DNA from: the human T2T-CHM13v2.0 reference genome, Homo sapiens
Assembly (NCBI RefSeq): GCF_009914755.1
Contig: NC_060925.1
DNA length: 64,000 nt
Strand: one strand, 5' to 3'
Within the stretch, counting starts at the first letter, position 1. Each line of letters opens with the position of its first letter. Below the pieces are notes generated by a model that was not told the origin of the DNA, searched no databases, and saw only the letters and a list, made by a program, of their open reading frames with translations. Below are positions 46,156 to 63,638 of this stretch, one piece after another. A program made the position numbers and the translations under genes.

Positions 46156-48782
46156 AACACTGTGAGTTAAATAGAAGAAGACTGAGAAAATTTGTACCAT
46201 ACCCCAAAATAAACTGTGATCTTGCTTGAAAGATTATATTGTTATTCCAAAGAGTTAGAGATCAACATATGATAGAATAAAATAAGTCCCTATAATATTT
46301 GTAAACACATTGGTAAATGACCTTTGATGTGACCATCAGCTTGTTCTTTTCTCTGTTTCAGTGTAACCCTTCTTTATAGTCCTTCAAAGCTTCCTATTGC
46401 TAATATTCCATTATTTCCTCCCTAATCCACTAAAAGAAGAGGAAGAACTGGAAGGAATGGAAAGCTTGATGCTAAAAAAGAGTAGAAAAATGTGTGTTAA
46501 ATAAATCTTATTATATTATAAATGTGTCCTTGTTTAAAACAAAATTGCGGACACCTCACTATAAATATATAATTTAAAAATTCCTATCTTTTTGAAATGC
46601 TACCTATAATACAGGACAAAACAACTTAGGTATGATAAGCACATTTATATAGAGCAGTTATAGAAAAACCGTAGGTCACATTAAAGTCAGTACAAGCCAA
46701 TGCAACCATATTTTTATGTGCCCCTTAAGGCCTTCGGCTAGCAATAAAGAGTTCTTTGCTCTGGAGTTTTTCTATATATTTATTCATAAAATAATGCCTA
46801 AACAAATTATACTGATTTGATTTTACTGTCCTTGTGAATGTCGCAGCTTAATATGTCACAAGTCCTACAAGTTATTTTCTAAACTTCATAAATAAGTAGA
46901 CTATGATATTAAAAATTATAATAAAGTGATACATTGTAATATTTAAACAAAAATAAGAAATTACACAATAAAGAATATTACTTTTTCATTTTTGTCAGGT
47001 TGAGTAACAGAATATCATATATGTTTGATCTATAACATTAATAATTACATTGTTAAGTTCTTAAAAGAAAATCTATTTAAGTTACTCTTTACTTACCACA
47101 TTTTAAGTACCTACTATGTCAATTTATGATTGCATAACTAATAATTTAGAGCCTCTGCCTTAAGTTTTTGCTGTCAAGTCGGAAAGACAGATTAGTAGGC
47201 AGATGATGAAAATGTAGGTTAAAAATTGCCCAAGGAGCCAGATGGTGGAACAGGACTCACCAGTGATCATTCTCCACACAGAAACATCAATCTGAACAAC
47301 TATCCATAAGTAAAAATACCTTCATAAGAGCTAAGGAGACCAGACGAGTGGTCACAGTATCTGTTTATAACACAATCATAAGAAAAGGGTAGAAAAAGTA
47401 GTTTTACATTACCTGTCTCTCCTTCCTTCAACCTTGGGTAGCACAGCAAGGATAGTGATACTTCCCAAATGGGAAAAGAGAGGGAAGTGAGCATAGGATT
47501 TTTCCTTGGAAACAGGTACTGGGCCTACACCGGTAAAACTCAGCAAAGCAGATATAGCTCCTGACTCCACGCTGGTAACCATGGGCTTACAGATATGTCC
47601 TGGACCCAGGTGGAAATACATAACACCGGTGGAGTAGACTCAATCTCCAGTCGGCATCACTGCCAGCTAACTACAGCAGCCTTAGGCAACCCCAGTGGCA
47701 GACAGACCTCAAAAAGACTCCAGGCATGCCCCAGCTCCAAACTAGCCTGAACATCCATGGGATTGCAGCCCAGTACAGCATCAGCCTCAGAAGTCTTTGT
47801 CTAAGGGAACCCCTCAGTGCTGCAATGATCAATGTGGCCCTGGGTTAAGGGACCACACCAGATAGTCTATTCAGAAACTCTGGACAGGCTTACTGTTGAA
47901 GGGCATACCTAGAAAAAAGTCAGTCTGTAAGGACTAGAATAAGTATCCACTTCTCCACATGTGCAGACATTGATGTATGGCCACAAGGATCAAGAATAAT
48001 CAAAATCACGGTACCACCAAATGAAAAAAATAAAATAACAGTGACTTATCTTAAAGAAAGGAAGATAAGCAGCATTTGACAAATAATTTAAAGTAACTGT
48101 TTCAAATAATCTTAGCAAACTTCCAAAAATTACTGAAAAACAATTCAGTGAAATAAGAAAAATTATAAGTGAACAGGAAAAGAAACTTAACAGAAAGATT
48201 GACATTTTAAAAATATGAAACAAAAATTTGGAGCTAAATAATACAATGAAAAACATGAAAATGCAATATAGAAAGCATCAACAGCAGAAATGATTAAGCA
48301 GAAGAAAAAATTATAATACAGGTTCTTTAAAAATATGCAGTCAGAAGCAAAAGAGAAAGAAGAAAGCTTATAGGATTTATAGTACAGTATTAAATAAGTA
48401 AATATTTGAGTCATAGGAGTTTAAGAAAGAGAAGAGAAAAATAAACAGATAGAAAGCTTGTTTAAAGAAATAATAGGTGAAAACTTTCCAAACCTGGAGA
48501 AAGATATAAAGAATCCAGATATAGGAATGTCTCTGGTCAGATTCAATCCAAATAAGACTACATCAAGACATAGTGTAATTAAATTGTCAAAAGTCAAAGA
48601 TAAAAAAAACCTGGAAAGAAGCCACAGAAAAAGAAGCAAATAACACATGAAAGAGTTCCAATGTGCTTAGCAGCAGACTTCTCACCAGAAACTTTACAGC
48701 CCAGATGGAATGACATGATACATTTAAAGTGGCAAACAAGAATACTGTCCTGAATAAAGCTCTCTTTTAGAAATTAGGGAGA

Positions 48783-49079
48783 GGCCAAGTGTGGTGGCTC
48801 ACACCTGTAATCCCAGCACTTTGAGAGGCCAAGGCAGGTGGACCACTTGAAGTCAGGAGTTTGAGACCAGTCTGGCCAACATGTTGAAATCTGGTCTCTA
48901 CTAAAAATACAAAAATTAGCCAGGCACAGAGGTGCGTACCTGTAATTCCAGCTACTTGGGAAGCTGAGGCGGGAGAATCGCTTGAACCCTGGAGGTAGAG
49001 GTTGCCATAAGCATAGATTGTGCCACTGTACTCCAGCCTGGGTGACACAGCGAGAGTCCTTTTAAAAAAAGAAAAAAAA
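48783..49079 (+). mobile_element. AluS (Sz/Sx-like)
   Basis: Full dimer; TSD GAAATTA(G/A)GGAGA. Confidence 0.93.
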
Positions 49080-51320
49080 GAAATTAAGGAGATAGAAAGA
49101 CTTGCCCAGACAAACCAAAGCTGAGATTTCATCATTACCAGATCTATCTTACATGGAATGCTAAAGTTGTTTAAGGTGAAAAAAAAGAGAACACTAATGA
49201 ATACCATGAAAACATAAGAAAATATAAAACTTACTGGTTAAAAGTACAGTCAACTTGAAAATACTATATTATGGTGGTGTGTAAACCACTGATTCCCATT
49301 ACTTATTACTATGAAGATTAAAAGACAAAATATTAAAAATCATCATAACATAATAATTAGTTAAAGGATATTCTATATAAAAATATGTAAATTGTGACAT
49401 CAACAATTCCAAAAGTGGGGGGGAACTGGAGTAAAAATATAGATTTGTGTGTGATCAAAGTTCAGTTGTTATCAGTGTAAAATAATTTGTTAGGACTATA
49501 ATATTTTTTGTAAGCCTCATAATAACCACAAAGCAAAAAAACTATAGAAGACACACAAAAAACAAAAGCAAGGAATCAAAACACACCATGAGAGAAAATT
49601 ACTTAATCACAAAGGAAGACAATAAAAGAGGTTGAAAGAAACAAAAGATCTACAGAACAACTAGAAAACAATGTTTTAAAATGGCAACAGTATGCTCTTT
49701 CCTATCAGTAATTACCTTGAATATATATGGAATAAATTATCCAATCAAAATACAGAGTAGCTGAATGGATAAAAGAAATACAGTTCAACTATATGCTGTT
49801 TATAAGACACTCACTTTACCTGTAAGGACACACATAGAAAGAAAGTGAAAAGATGGGAAAAGATCTTTTCCCACAAAATTGGAAACCAAAGGAGAATAGG
49901 AGTAGTTATATGTATATGAGATTAAACAGAATTTAAGTCAAAAATTAAAAAGAGAGAAAAATGGCATTATATAATTATAGAGGGGTCAAACCAGCAAAAG
50001 GATATGACGAATTCAAATATATATGCACTGAATATTGAAGACGGTAAATATATAGAGCAAAGATTAATAGGTCTCAAGGAAAAGAAAAACAGCAATACAA
50101 CATTAATAGGAAATTTTAACATGCCACATTCCTAAAAGAAGAGATCATCTGCACAGAAAATTAAAAAATAAACACTGGGATTACACTACATGCTAGACCA
50201 TATAGACCTAACAGGCATTTAAGGAATATGCTATCCAACAGCAACAGGGTACACTTTCTTCTCAAGCTCACATGGAACATTCTCTATGATAGGTCATTTT
50301 TTAGGTCACAAAATAAGTCTTAATAATTTAAAAATTATATAAAGTATCCTTTCTGTTCCCAACAGTATAAAAACGAAAATCAATAATATGAGAAACTGGA
50401 AAATTCACAAACACAAATAAATTAGACAACATGTGACCAAACAACCAATACATTGATGAAAGAATTTAAAAGGAAAATACTTTTAACAAACTGAGATAAA
50501 ACTGAAAACCCAACATATGAAAACTAATAGGATGCAGCAAAAGCAGTTGTAAGAGGAAAGTTTACAGCAATAAACATCTACACCATAAAAACATGAAAGA
50601 TCTAAAAAAAAAAAAAAATGCTCTTAAGTTTCACCACAATGAACTAGAAAAACAGGAAAAAAAAAAAAAACTAAGTCCAACATTAGCAGAAGGAAGATCA
50701 GAGTAAACCTAAATAAACTAGCAACTAGAAAAATATTGGAAAAAATAAAAATAGGAAGAGTTGTTTCGTGAAAAGATAAAACTGACAAAAATATAATAGA
50801 CTGAAAAAAAGAGAAGACTCAAATACATTTTTAAGATGAAAAAAGAGACATTACAGCTGATACCACAGAAAAACAAAGCATCATAATAGACTGTTATGAA
50901 AAATTATATCAACAAATTGAATAATACAGAGAAAAAATATGTTCCTTGACATACACAATCTGAGATGAAATTATAAAGAAATAGAAAATCTTTACAGTTC
51001 AATAATTAATAAGAGTTTGAAATTACGAATAAAGATTCTCCCATCAATATAAAGCTGAGGATCCAATGATTTTCGAGAATTCTACCAAAACTTAAAAAAC
51101 TAATACCAATACTTCTCAAATTCTTCCAAATAAATTGAAAAACAGGAAATACTTTCAAACTAATTTTATGGGGCCAGAATTACCCTGACACCAAGCTCAG
51201 ACAAAAACCTTACAAGAAAATAAAGCTACAGGTTAATATCCTTGATGAACAGAGATGCGAAAATCCTCAACAAAGTGCTAGAACACTGAATTCAAATGCA
51301 CATTAAAAATTTAATTCACT

Positions 51321-52278
<958 letters not shown>

Positions 52279-53956
52279 AATTCACCATGATAAAGTGAAA
52301 TTCATACAAAGGATTCAATAATGTTTCAATATATGTAAATCAATAAACATGATACATCAAATTGATAGAATGAAAGCCAAAAACCGTATGATTACTTCAG
52401 TAGATGCAGAAAAAGTGACTGACAAAATTCAGTGTTGTTTCAAAATAAAAATTCTAAACAAATTAGGTATGGATGGAACGTACATCAACATAATAAAGAC
52501 CTTAACGGATGAACCCACAGTTAACATCATACTCAGTGAGGACAAATTGGAAGATTTTCACTATGATGTGAAATAAGACAAGGATGCCCACTCTCACCCC
52601 TTCTATTCTACAAAGTACTGGACCTCCTAGCCAGAGCAATTGGGCAGGAGAAAGAAATAAAAGACATCTAAACTGGAAAGGAAGAAGATAAATTGTCCTT
52701 GTTTACACATGACATGAGCTTATCTATACAAAACCCTAAGGATATCATTAAAAACATTCAGAACTAATAAAACATATTTAATACAGTAACAGGATACAAA
52801 GTTACCATACAGAAACTAGCAATACTTCCATACACTAACATCAAACTATCCTGAAAAGAAATAAAGAAACAATCTCATTTACAATAGCTACAAAATGATA
52901 GAATTATTTAAGAATAAATTTAACCAATGTGCTAAAAGACTTCTATACTGGAAACTATAAAATATTGATTTAAAAATTGTAGAAGATACAAATAAATGGA
53001 AATATATGCCTTGTTCATGAATTACAATAGTTAATATTATTTAAACATCTATACTACCTAAAGCAATCTACAAAGTCAGCGCATTCCTTATCAAAATACC
53101 AATGACATTCTTTACCAAAATAGAAAAAGTGACCCTAAAATTTCTGTGGAAATGCAAAAGATCCTGAATAGCTAAACCAATCTTGAGCAAGAGAAGCAAA
53201 GCTGGAATTACCAGACTATCTGACTTCAAAATATGTCACAAAGCTATAGTAATTAAAACAGTATGATACTGGCATAAAAAAACAGACACATAGACTGATA
53301 GAACAGAATAGAGAGCTCAGAAATAGATCCACAAACCTACAAGTCAACTGATTTTCAATAAAAGTGACCAGAACACACATTGTAGAAGGGACAATCTCTT
53401 CAATAAATGGTGCTGGGTAAATTGGATATCCACATGCAGAAGAATGATATCAGAACTCTACCTCTCATCACATACACAAATGGATTAAAGATTTAAATGT
53501 AAAACTTGAAACTATGAAACTACCGAAGAAAACACAGGAAAAAAAAAAACTTCATGACATTAGTCTGGGCAGTAATTTTTCCAATGTGATCTCAAAAGTA
53601 CAGGCAACAAAAGCAAAAATAGACAGATTGAATTACATTAAACTCAAAGCTCTGCATAGCAAAGGAAACAATCAGCAGAGTAAAGAGACAACCTACAGAA
53701 ATGGAAAACAAATCCTTAGAAGCTATATATTTAATATTTTAGTATCTCAAATATATAAAGAACTAGGAACCACTCAATAGCAAAGAAAGAAAAAATAATA
53801 ACCCAATTGGAAAATGGGCAAAGGATCTGAGTAGATATTTCTCAAAAGAAGACATACAAATGACTAATGACTACATATCACTAATTGTCAGGGAAATATA
53901 AACTATAATGAGCTATGACCTCACATCTGTTGAAGTGACTGTTACCCAAAAAATGA

Positions 53957-54324
<368 letters not shown>

Positions 54325-54907
54325 AGGAAACTCTTATATACTGTTGGTAGGAATATAAATTAGTACAGCCATTATAGAAAACAGTATAGAGGTTCCCCCC
54401 AAAATTAAACACTGAACTATCTTATGATCTAGCAGTCTCACTCCTGGGTATATAGCCAAAGAAAATGAAATCACCATGTCAAAGATACCATTTATTACAG
54501 TATTATTCACAAGATATAGCATCAACCTAAGTGTCCATCAAAAGATGCATGGATAAAGAAATTGTGGTGTATATATATGATGGAATACTTTACAGCCATA
54601 GAAAAGAAGGAAATCTTTTCATTTTTGACAAATGGATGAACCTGGAGGACATTCTGCTAACTAAAATAAGTCAGAAACAGACAAACACCACATAATCTCA
54701 TTCATCTGTAGAATCTAATAAAGTTATCTCAGAAATGGAGTAGAATGGCAATTACCAGAGGCTGGGGCAGATGGGTAAGGGTAGGTTGGTAAGATATTAA
54801 TCAAAATACATAGTATTATTGTAAATGGGAAGAATAACTTTCAAAGATCTGTTGTACAGCATAGTGAGTATAGTTAATGAGGATATACTGTATTCTTGAA
54901 AAATGCT

Positions 54908-55024
54908 GAGGTAGGAGAATCCCTTAAGCCCAGGAATTTGAGGTGGCAGTGAGCTGTGATCAACACCACTGCACTCCAGACAGCTCAGCAAAGTGAGAAC
55001 CAGTCTCTGAAACAAAAAGAAAAA
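54908..55024 (+). mobile_element. 5'-truncated Alu right-arm fragment (AluJ/FRAM-like)
   Basis: TSD GAAAAATGCT (54898-54907, 55025-55034); CACCACTGCACTCCAG. Confidence 0.85.
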
Positions 55025-57421
55025 GAAAAATGCTAAGAGAGTGAATGTTAAATGTTCTCAATATAAAAATGACAAATATGTGAAGTATCATATTTGTTAA
55101 TTAGGTAGATTGAACCATTACACAATGCATATATATGTTAAGACATCTAGCTGTAGGTGACTAATATATACAGTCTCATCTGTCAACTTAAAAATAAATA
55201 TATTTAAATAATCATATACTAGATAGTATGTGCTGAACATAACAGTATCCCACAATATGAAATTGTCAATAACTTGACATTTTGGAAAATTTGAAATTAG
55301 AATGATAATTAAAAGTTATTCTGGTGGAGACACAAGGAATGGGATGAGAGAAAGTTTTCAGAAAGAATAAGCTTCTTGTACAAAGGAAATATGCATAAAA
55401 GAGTAAGGCACATTTTCGTAAGGACAGGTTTTAAAATGTTTAGTATGTAATGTAAAATAAAGTAATTTAAAAAGCTTGAAATATAGCTGAGATTATGAAC
55501 AACCATAAAGCCAATGGCTAATAAGTTGACAATATCTCATAAAGTCTAGAGTGAACCATTTTCAACATTCTGTTTTCTAGAGTTTGTTTTCCCTTCTGTC
55601 CATCCATATTTTTTATTGTATGCTCATTTAACCACAACGATAATTCTTTCACTGGTTTTGATCAGAACTCCATGTATATAAAAAATCCTCAATTATCACA
55701 TATTTTCCTGAAAATTGTGTACTAACAGGATGAAGTCATTTCACCTATTTTAACAGCGCTCTGCCACTTTCCTTCTCATTTTTTCTCTATCTTCCTCCCC
55801 AAACTTGTTTCCCTCTGTTATACAAATGAGTTTCCTTTGGAAATCTGGTACAAGTTATCCTTGGATCTAGAAACTTTATAACTAGAAGAGTTACCAAAGT
55901 ATTCTTCCTCAAAGGTAAGTCTCTAATTAAAGGAAATATTTGAGCCACCTGCTCAGAGAACAGTTTCTATTGGCAAAAATTGCAATTTCCTTTGCATCAA
56001 CCTAATAATCCATTTTATTATATACTATCCTGATGAGAACAAATACTACACACACTTATTGAGGAAAACCTACTCTTTTCCTTACTATTACTTTAACATA
56101 TGTAAATTAGGGTTTGGTGTGATTAAAAATTGTATAATTAACTGTTATGATTTCTTCTTTAAAATGAAGTAAAAGTAATTATCAAATAACTATTTATTTT
56201 GCAGAAAGAAATCTAACTCTTGGATCTTGCGAAACATGCCCTGTTTTCAAACACATAAAAATAAACAGTTTGTACCAATCATTTAACTGAGTGTTTTATC
56301 TTTTAAAAATCATTCTTCTATGCAAACAGACATGGGTTCTCATGACCCTAGTATACATTTATTGTTACCTAATTTCAGATCCTTGCTTTCTATATTTGTA
56401 ATATTATATAACACCTACACAGTAGAGCTATTATAGGAATTATTGATAAAATATGCATAGTGCCTAAGACAGGTGGTAATCAATATTTGAATCAAAATAA
56501 TGCTCTCTCCTTGAAAACTGCAACACACACACACACGCATACATACATACATCCATAATATTTTAATGTATACATTTTGGGGTAAATGGAATAAGCAAAA
56601 TAAGTAATTGAACACATGCTCAAAGAAAAATATTTTATTTCAAAATCATATTCATATCAAATATGGTGGTTTTCCAATTCACTATTCCAAATATAGGCCA
56701 TTCAATACAATGATATATTAAGGCTCAGTTATTCTACATATATACAGTGACTATCTTTTTCCATATGTTTTAGTTCTGCTTCTGTATTTAGCTGTCAATA
56801 AACCAACAGATTAAAGCTGTAGCTGTTACATAGCATTAGAGCTATTCTTTAGAGAGGCTAATAATTTTAATTCTAGGCTTCAGATTTGCCTGTCTAAAGT
56901 AAACCATTTTCCATTCTTATTGCAGGTTCATTTCCATTCTGAAGTAGTGGCCATTCATTTTCTCTTTCACCCTCTGAACAGAGCTGTTTGAGTGTATTTA
57001 GTTCAATTGACTTTACATGTGCTCCAGGTGCCATTCTCTGCTACAGCTCTGCTTCACTGCTTACAGATGAAGCTCAGCCTAAGCAGTGTTTAATTCCCTA
57101 ACAAGCTGTCATCTGTGACTTGCATATATTTTTAACTGGGCTACCACAGTACACACAAAGCAATGTAATATTAAATAAAGGTCCATTCTAACTTGAATTG
57201 GGTTGGGTATTTCCACAAAGCAAAATAGAAACTAAATAACAGGCTTCCAATCTCTTAGGCCATATAAACGTCTGGACAATGATTTAAAAAGTGATGCTAG
57301 AGCAGAGTCTTATTTTCATAAAACAGCTAAAAATTCGTAAACTCATTCATCCCTTTAAAAGATGAATCAATGCACTGAATTCCAATCAATGAACACACAG
57401 TCAATAAAAAGCTTCATTGCA

Positions 57422-57719
57422 TTTTTTTTTTTTGACTGAGTCTCGCTCTGTCACCCAGGCTGAAGTGCAAGTGCAGTGGCGTGATCTCAGCTCACTGCAA
57501 CTTCTGCCTCCCTGGTTCCAGCGATTCTCCTGCCTCAGCTTCCTGAGTAGCTGAGATTACAGGAGTCTTCGTCCATGCCTGCCTAATTATTTTATTTTTA
57601 GTAGAGACGGGGTTTAGCCATGTTGCCCAGGCTAGTCTCGAACTCCTGACCTCAGGTCATCCACCCGCCTCAACCTCCCAAAGTGCTGGGATTACAGGCA
57701 TGAGCCACCGAGCCCTGCC
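57422..57719 (-). mobile_element. AluSx-like
   Basis: GAACTCCTGACCTCAGG; TSD CATTGC(A/T)TTT. Confidence 0.93.
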
Positions 57720-58099
57720 CATTGCTTTTTAAAGGACTGAAAATATTACCTTTACAAGGTGCTTTTTGCATCACAATTATTTCACTGTAAGCCCATTAAA
57801 AACTAGAAACAAAACACCATTCATTATTGTTTTGTGTACCTCCATGAGCTAATTTGACATTATAAAGTGGTATATTGTTATATGGGAATTTTTCATTTTC
57901 TCACAGACAGTGAAATTCCACTAAGATACACATGCTCCCTTATTGTAGCAATTTTAATTTTCACACCAAAATAAGCCATGCATTTTGTTGTTCTTGTTAA
58001 AACCAAACACAGAGAAAATAGTATGTTTGTTGCCATGTTTCCTGGGCCTGCCTGACCTCACTTCCATTACTCAATGTTCACTTGTTTGGCTGTCTAAAC

Positions 58100-58960
58100 A
58101 GGGTCAACATGTCCAAGACGCAGTCTTCAGGCTCCAGTGTTATCTGCTTTCCAGCTCAGTCCACCACAGGCATTGCTGACAGGAGATTAGAGTGTACAAT
58201 GAGAAATAAGCTATAGCATTTTTCCTTCTCCTCTTAAATAAGGTGATGTTTCTGGCAGCAGTTCTGACTCTTCATGGCTCCAGTTTCTCTGCTCTACAGG
58301 CCACGCTGCTAGATCCTATTTGGTGATTCCTGCTCTTGGCATCTTATAACCCATAGTGGTACATTGAACAATGCCCCCCCACCAAAAATGTCCACATCTT
58401 AATCCCTGGAACCTAAGAATTTGTTACCTTACATAGCAAAAGGGACTTTATACATGTGATTACGTTGAAAGTGTATAAATAGAGAGATTATCCTTGATTA
58501 TTTGGGTGGGTTCAGTATAATAGGAGAGTCAGAGTTAGAGAAAATGATGCGACCGCAACCACAGAGATTGGAGAGATTCAGAGCCAGGCATGAATCAAGA
58601 AATATGGGGAGCCTCTAGAAGCTGGACAAAGAAAAGAAATTTTTTCTTCCCTAGAACCTCCAAAGGAACCCATCTCTGCTGACATATTTTGAACTTTTGA
58701 CTTCTACAATTGTGAGTTAATAAACCTGTGTTGATTTAAGCCATATCATTTGTGGTATTATGCTACAATAACAATAAAACTCAAACATCCATTTATTTCC
58801 TTTGCCTCTAAATCCACTTGTAATACTATTTTCCTGTACCTGTTAAACTCTACTGGGCTTTCTACTTTTGACCCTTGAATTCCATTGTAAGAATGTAACC
58901 AAACACCTACATTAAATATCTTGTGTGATCCACTTCCAATATTGACCATGACTGAATAAC
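58100..58960. mobile_element. Old ERVL-type LTR relic interrupted by MLT1D
   Basis: TGACAGGAGATTAGAG..., TTTCTGGCAGCAGTT..CATGGCTCCAG, end GACCATGACTGAATA; family uncertain. Confidence 0.35.
58356..58786 (+). mobile_element. MLT1D-like MaLR LTR
   Basis: ATGTCCACATCTTAATCCCTGGAACC..GTTACCTTACATAGCAAAAGGGACTTT; GCCTCTAGAAGCTGGA; AATAAACCTGTGTTGATTTAAGCCA. Confidence 0.88.
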
Positions 58961-59019
58961 TTGTGTCACTGTAAAACTCTTATCAATATCAACTACAATA
59001 GCCAAGAATTTTTTTTTAA

Positions 59020-60540
59020 CCTGAAGTAACAACTGTTTGAAAGCTCTTGAAAGGAACTAAGGTATCCAGGATTTGAAGTCCAATATTCTGAAGAGTGGGA
59101 AAGTAACTAGAAGCTTTATTTTTCTCTACAAATTTTTTCTTCAAGGCATTTGCCTGTTCCTCACAGGTGAAACAGAAGTTTAGCACAAAGAGGTAGCCTG
59201 GAACCCATTGTATCTCACTAGGCTGAGAAGTCCAGTGTGGGTTTCTGGCTTTACAAAATAAATAAGCATAAGAGTACAAGTTTCTACCTATGTCGGCAAA
59301 GGCCATGTGGGAAGTGTAGAGTTCAAACCTTTCCAGGCATGTTATGTCCACCACATGCCAGGGTGGTGTCAGAGAAGGCTAAGTAGTGAACCAGGACTGA
59401 ATACAGCCAGGCAATAACAAGGCCTCCTCCCAGTGGTATCAATGGAGACCACCAGGAGATCCTGGAGTTATCCATACCCTCTGCTGGTACCAAAGCACCA
59501 ATGCCCCTCTTATCTGGGATGGAGTCACAGGAGACCTGGTGAAGAGTTAAGACATTTTCCATAGACCGGTGATAACAAGAGCACTCTAGCCTATGTAGGG
59601 AATAGTAATTAGGCAATACTATTCCTTCAATAAAGGCAGGTATCACTAGAGGCCTGGGGAAAAGCCAGAACTTTTATTTTAGCTAGGCTGTGTGGAGGAG
59701 ACCTACCCCACTTGTGTCAATTGCAGCAGTACTTAGAAACTAGACTTTCAACTCCGCTTAACAGTAATTATTCAGGGCCCCCTCTTTCTGCTGAAGTGAT
59801 ATAAGCAGCAGCTAGCTAAACAAAAGATTTAAATAATACTGAAAGCATAAAAACATAATACCTAAAATGTATAGAACTCACTTGAAAATCAATCATCATA
59901 CCAAGATCCAGAAAAATATAACTTTCAATAAAAAGAGACAATCAGTAGATGCCAGCACCAAGAAGTCAGAGGCTTTAGAATTCTTTGACAATGATTTATA
60001 AAAACCATGATGAAAATGATTCACTCATCAGTTAAAATCTACTTTAAACACATAAAATAACTTGAAACAGAGATAGTCTTAGCAAAAATTAAAGATGTAA
60101 AAAAGAACCAAATGGTATTTTAAAACTGAAAAGTACAATAAGCAAAATATCCAAGTATTAGAGTTATCGAAGGAGAGAAAAAAGCAGGTAGGGCTCAGCA
60201 GTATTCAAAGAAATAATGGCAAAAACTACCCATATTTTGTAAAGGATATAAACCTACATATTCAAGAAATTGAGTGAAGCCCAAACATGAGAAACTCAAA
60301 GAAATCTAAATGGAGAAACAATAAAATCAAACTTCTATAGGATAGAGACAAAGGAAAAACCTTGAAAGCAGTCAGAGAGACATGACACCCTCTCTACAGG
60401 GAATACTATCCTAAAGACATCAAATTTCTTATTGAAAACCAAAAAGACCATGGGGAAATGACACATCATTTTTCAAAGATTGAAGGAAATGATTTATCAA
60501 GTTAAAATTCTACATGCAGTAAAAAGTATGCTTCATGGAA
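59020..60540 (+). mobile_element. L1MC/MD-like 5' region plus ORF1
   Basis: CATCATACCAAGATCCAG..AAAGAGACAATCAGTAGATGCCAGCACC; TTCAAAGAAATAATGGCAAAAA; 5' boundary approximate. Confidence 0.75.
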
Positions 60541-61849
<1,309 letters not shown>

Positions 61850-61852
61850 CAG

Positions 61853-62572
61853 TTATTTTTTAGTTGCGGTAAAAATGTACGTAAAATAAAATATGCCATC
61901 TTAACAATTTTAAGAGTACAGTCCAGTGCTATTAATTGCATTTATGATGTTGTGCAACCATCAACATTGTCCATCTCCAGAACTATTCTATCTTCACAAA
62001 CTGAAAAAATACATTATATATTAAAGTTACATAAAAAATACATAATATATTAAAGAAAGTTCTTCGGACACAACATACTTACGAAATAATAACTTCCCAT
62101 TCCCCCTCTTTCAAGTCCACCATTCTACTTTCTGTTTCTATGAATCTGATGATACTAGATATCTCATATTAATGGAAACATACAGTATTTGTCTTTTTCA
62201 ACTGGCTTATTTGACTTAGCATAACTTCTTCAAGGTTTATCCATGTCGTGACATATGTCAAAATTTCATTTCTTTTGAAAGCTGAATAATATTATTATGT
62301 AACACCACAACTTGTTTATCCATTCATTTGTGGATGGACGCACATTTGGCTCTTTCCACTTTTTGTCTATTGTTACTAAAACTACTATGAACATTCGTGT
62401 GCAAATATCTGTTTGAGTCTGCTTTTACTCTTGGGTAGATATGTCAGAAGTGGAATTGCTGGATCACATGATAATTCTACATTTAAATTTTGGAGAAGCC
62501 ACCATACTATTTTCCAGAGTAGCTGCACCATTTTACATTTATATTTCCACCAGCAATTCACAAGAGTTTTAA
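61853..62572 (-). mobile_element. L1MB-like 3' end
   Basis: CCATCTTAACAATTTTAAG..GTTGTGCAACCATCA..CCATCTCCAGAAC; CACCATTCTACTTTCTGTTTCTATGAAT. Confidence 0.88.
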
Positions 62573-62953
62573 ACTGAACTAATTTACATTCTCACCAACA
62601 GTGTATAAACACTCATTTTGTCTGCATCCTCACCAATATCTGTTATTTTTGACTTTTCAATAATGCCCATTCTGACTGGTTTGACATGGTATCTCATTGT
62701 GGTTTTGATTTGTGTTCCTCTAATGATTAGTGATGCTGCGCATTTTTTCATGTGTTTATTTACTGCATGTATATCTTCTTTTAAGAAGTGTCTGTTCATG
62801 TCCTTTAATATAGGACCCAAATAACACGAATTGCCAAAGCAATCCTATGCAAAAAGAGCAAAGCCAGAGGAATCACATGACCAGACTTCAAGCTATAGTA
62901 CAAGTCTACAATAACCAAAACAGCATGGTACTGGTATAAAAAGAGACACAATA

Positions 62954-63250
62954 GGCCGGGCATGATGGCTCATGCCTGTAATCCCAGCACTTTGGGAAGC
63001 CAAGGTGGGCGGATCACCTGAGGTCAGGAGTTCGAGACCAGTCTGGCCAACATGGTGAAATCCTATCTCTACTAAAAATACAATAATTAGCTGGGCATGT
63101 GGCGGGCGCCTGTAATCCCAGCTATCTGGGAGGCTGAGGCAGGAGAATCACTGGGAGGCAGAGGTTGCAGTGAGCTGAGATCATGCCACTGCACTCCAGC
63201 CTGGGCAATAAAATGAGACTCCCTCTCAAAAAAAAAAATAAAATAAAAAA
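62954..63250 (+). mobile_element. AluSx-like
   Basis: GGATCACCTGAGGTCAGGAGTTCGAGACC; TSD AAAAA(G/T)AGACAC(A/G)ATA. Confidence 0.93.
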
Positions 63251-63444
63251 TAGACACGATAAACACAAAGACCAATGGAACAGGATATAGAACCCAGAAA
63301 TAAAGCTGCACACCTACAACCATCTGATCTTTGACAAAGTCAACAAAAACAAGCAATGGGGAAATGACTCCCTATTCAATAAATGGTGCTGAGAAAACTG
63401 ACTAGCCATATACAGATGAAACTAGAGCCCTAACTTCTTACGTT

Positions 63445-63449
63445 TTATT

Positions 63450-63480
<31 letters not shown>

Positions 63481-63598
63481 TCAACATATATTTTAAATTT
63501 AAAATTATATATTATACTATTACTTATGCATTTTATATATGTTATACTATAACATTATATATTATTTTATTATATATTATAATATAACATATATATTT

Positions 63599-63637
<39 letters not shown>
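63445..63637. repeat. (TA)n(CA)n, AT-rich spacer, (TG)n compound microsatellite inside L1
   Basis: Read directly from the sequence. Confidence 0.92.

Positions 63638-63638
<1 letters not shown>

Noticed and set aside
48767-49207. 146-aa ORF and similar ORFs at 8607, 19359, 37337, 51381, 60850 and 63087
   Set aside because: Translations of antisense Alu sequence ([23 protein letters not shown]), a common artefact.
59016-59646. Two overlapping ~110-aa minus-strand ORFs
   Set aside because: Lie in a GC-richer old L1 5' region; consistent with chance frames.
63464-63637. (CA)n...(TG)n hairpin as a functional structure
   Set aside because: Ordinary microsatellite growth inside a dead L1; the complementarity is trivial.
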